A stretch of 64,000 bases of DNA from an uncultured Gemmatimonadales bacterium (lineage in GTDB: Bacteria > Gemmatimonadota > Gemmatimonadetes > Longimicrobiales > RSA9). The stretch's first letter is position 1. Each line of letters starts with the position of its first letter. This document shows, one piece after another, positions 62,688-64,000 of the stretch. Below the pieces are notes generated by a model. That model saw only the letters and a list, made by a program, of their open reading frames with translations, was not told where the DNA came from and searched no databases. Made by a program: the position numbers and the translations under genes. Location: NCBI GenBank assembly GCA_963708135.1, contig OY970192.1, positions 2,528,001-2,592,000 on the forward strand, read 5' to 3'.

Positions 62688-64000
62688 ATGTCCCCGAGCG
62701 AAAGGGCGAGGAATCTGGTGAAGGGCTTGAAGACGCTCCTGACCGCGTTGCGCGGCCGGCCGCGCCTGCTGGGCGGCCTCGTGATCGGCGCGCTCGGCCT
62801 GCTCGGGCTGGGCGTGGGCGTGGCGTGGGGCAGCTGGGAGTCGGTGTGCCGCGACTGCCCCTCGATCGCGCAGATCTACACCTATCAGCCGAAGCAGGCC
62901 ACCCGCGTCCTCGACCACGACGGGAAGCTCATCGCCGAGCTCGGCCTGGAGCGCCGGACGCCAGTCTCGATCGCCGAGCTGCCGCCCTACGTGCCCAAGG
63001 CGTTCGTCGCCGTCGAGGACCGCCGCTTCTTCCACCATCACGGCTTCGACTGGATCCGCACGGCCAGTGCGCTGTTCGGCAACGTGGTGCACGGCCACAT
63101 CTTCAGCGGCTTCACCGGCGGAGGGAGCACCATCACGCAGCAGCTCGCGCGCAACATGTTCAAGCAGGACATCGGCTTCAAGCAGCGCTATACGCGGAAG
63201 CTGCGCGAGCTGAAGGTGGCCTTCGAGCTGGAGGACGTCTATTCCAAGAACCAGATCCTCGAGGCATACCTCAACCAGATCAACTTCGGCCACGGCTGGT
63301 GGGGCATCCAGACGGCCTCCGAGCGCTACTTCGGCAAGCCCGCCTCCGCCATGGACCCGGCCGAGGTGGCGCTGCTCGTCGCGCTGGCAAAGGGACCGGC
63401 CTACTACTCCCCCTTCCGGCACCCCGAGCGAGCGCTGGCCCGCCGGAATCTCGTCATCGGCGTCATGGCTGACCAGGGCGTGATCAGCGACGCTCAAGCC
63501 GCGAAGTACCGCCAGGAGCCGCTCCCGGACCACCCCTACGGCACGGATGAGGGCCAGCTCGCCCCCTACTTCGTGGAATGGGTCCGCGACCAGCTCGATG
63601 AGCGCTTCGGCTCCGACCTCTACAGCCGTGGCTTCCGCGTCTACACCACGCTCGACCTCGAGATGCAGAAGCGCGCCCAGGAAGCGATGCGCGACGGCTG
63701 GAAGCGGGTCGAGAAGGATCCCCGCTTCCACCATCCCACCTATGACAGCGTCATGGCGGAGAAGGACCGGAAGGAGCAGGGCGAGGCCTCCTATCTGCAG
63801 GGGATGTTCATCGCCCTGGATCCGGCCACGGGCGAGATCCGCTCGCTCATCGGCGGGCGCGACTTCACCGACTCGAAGTTCAACCGGGCCGTCCAGGCGC
63901 ACCGCCAGCCGGGGTCCTCCTTCAAGCCGATCCTCTACTCGGCCGCCATCGCCAGCGGCATCCCGGCCTCGCACGTGATCTACGACGCGCCGCTCATGCT
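62688..64000 (+). CDS. Class A penicillin-binding protein (PBP1A), runs off the window
   Basis: Manual translation: TM anchor, EDRRF, GGSTITQQLARN, RKLRE, YLNQI, RQPGSSFKP. Confidence 0.92.
   Translation, partial: MSPSERARNLVKGLKTLLTALRGRPRLLGGLVIGALGLLGLGVGVAWGSWESVCRDCPSIAQIYTYQPKQATRVLDHDGKLIAELGLERRTPVSIAELPPYVPKAFVAVEDRRFFHHHGFDWIRTASALFGNVVHGHIFSGFTGGGSTITQQLARNMFKQDIGFKQRYTRKLRELKVAFELEDVYSKNQILEAYLNQINFGHGWWGIQTASERYFGKPASAMDPAEVALLVALAKGPAYYSPFRHPERALARRNLVIGVMADQGVISDAQAAKYRQEPLPDHPYGTDEGQLAPYFVEWVRDQLDERFGSDLYSRGFRVYTTLDLEMQKRAQEAMRDGWKRVEKDPRFHHPTYDSVMAEKDRKEQGEASYLQGMFIALDPATGEIRSLIGGRDFTDSKFNRAVQAHRQPGSSFKPILYSAAIASGIPASHVIYDAPLM

Overview
A very GC-rich, gene-dense bacterial chromosomal segment. 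Gene style suggests Gemmatimonadota, but this is an inference. It carries a peptidoglycan-recycling cluster (murQ-anmK-lipoprotein-nagZ), ggt, a beta-propeller amidohydrolase, an ABC exporter, ccdA, a fur-speA-speB/TIGR00300-like arginine-polyamine run, a fused 2-oxoacid dehydrogenase E1, tRNA-Lys(TTT), a complete V/A-type ATPase operon (G-I-K-E-C-F-A-B-D), a REC-PAS-GGDEF-EAL protein, ffh-rpsP-rimM-trmD-rplS-rnhB, purA, pilT, dapA-dapB-dapH, trpS, suhB and a class A PBP. The main non-routine observations are five. (1) Three V-ATPase genes (G, I, B) each need one T removed from a coding-strand TTC to restore a full-length frame. (2) An IS630 element and a 161-bp palindromic MITE-like element sit in tandem in one CTAG that is the shared stop codon of two convergent genes. 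(3) Two divergent genes share one CATG as their start codons. (4) There is an FNR-like box before the V-ATPase operon, a Fur-like box before fur, and three sigma54-like promoters. (5) A TTGnnn-N17/18-TAGATT promoter recurs, and one copy implies a leaderless mRNA. All calls come from reading the sequence by eye; no database searches were run.
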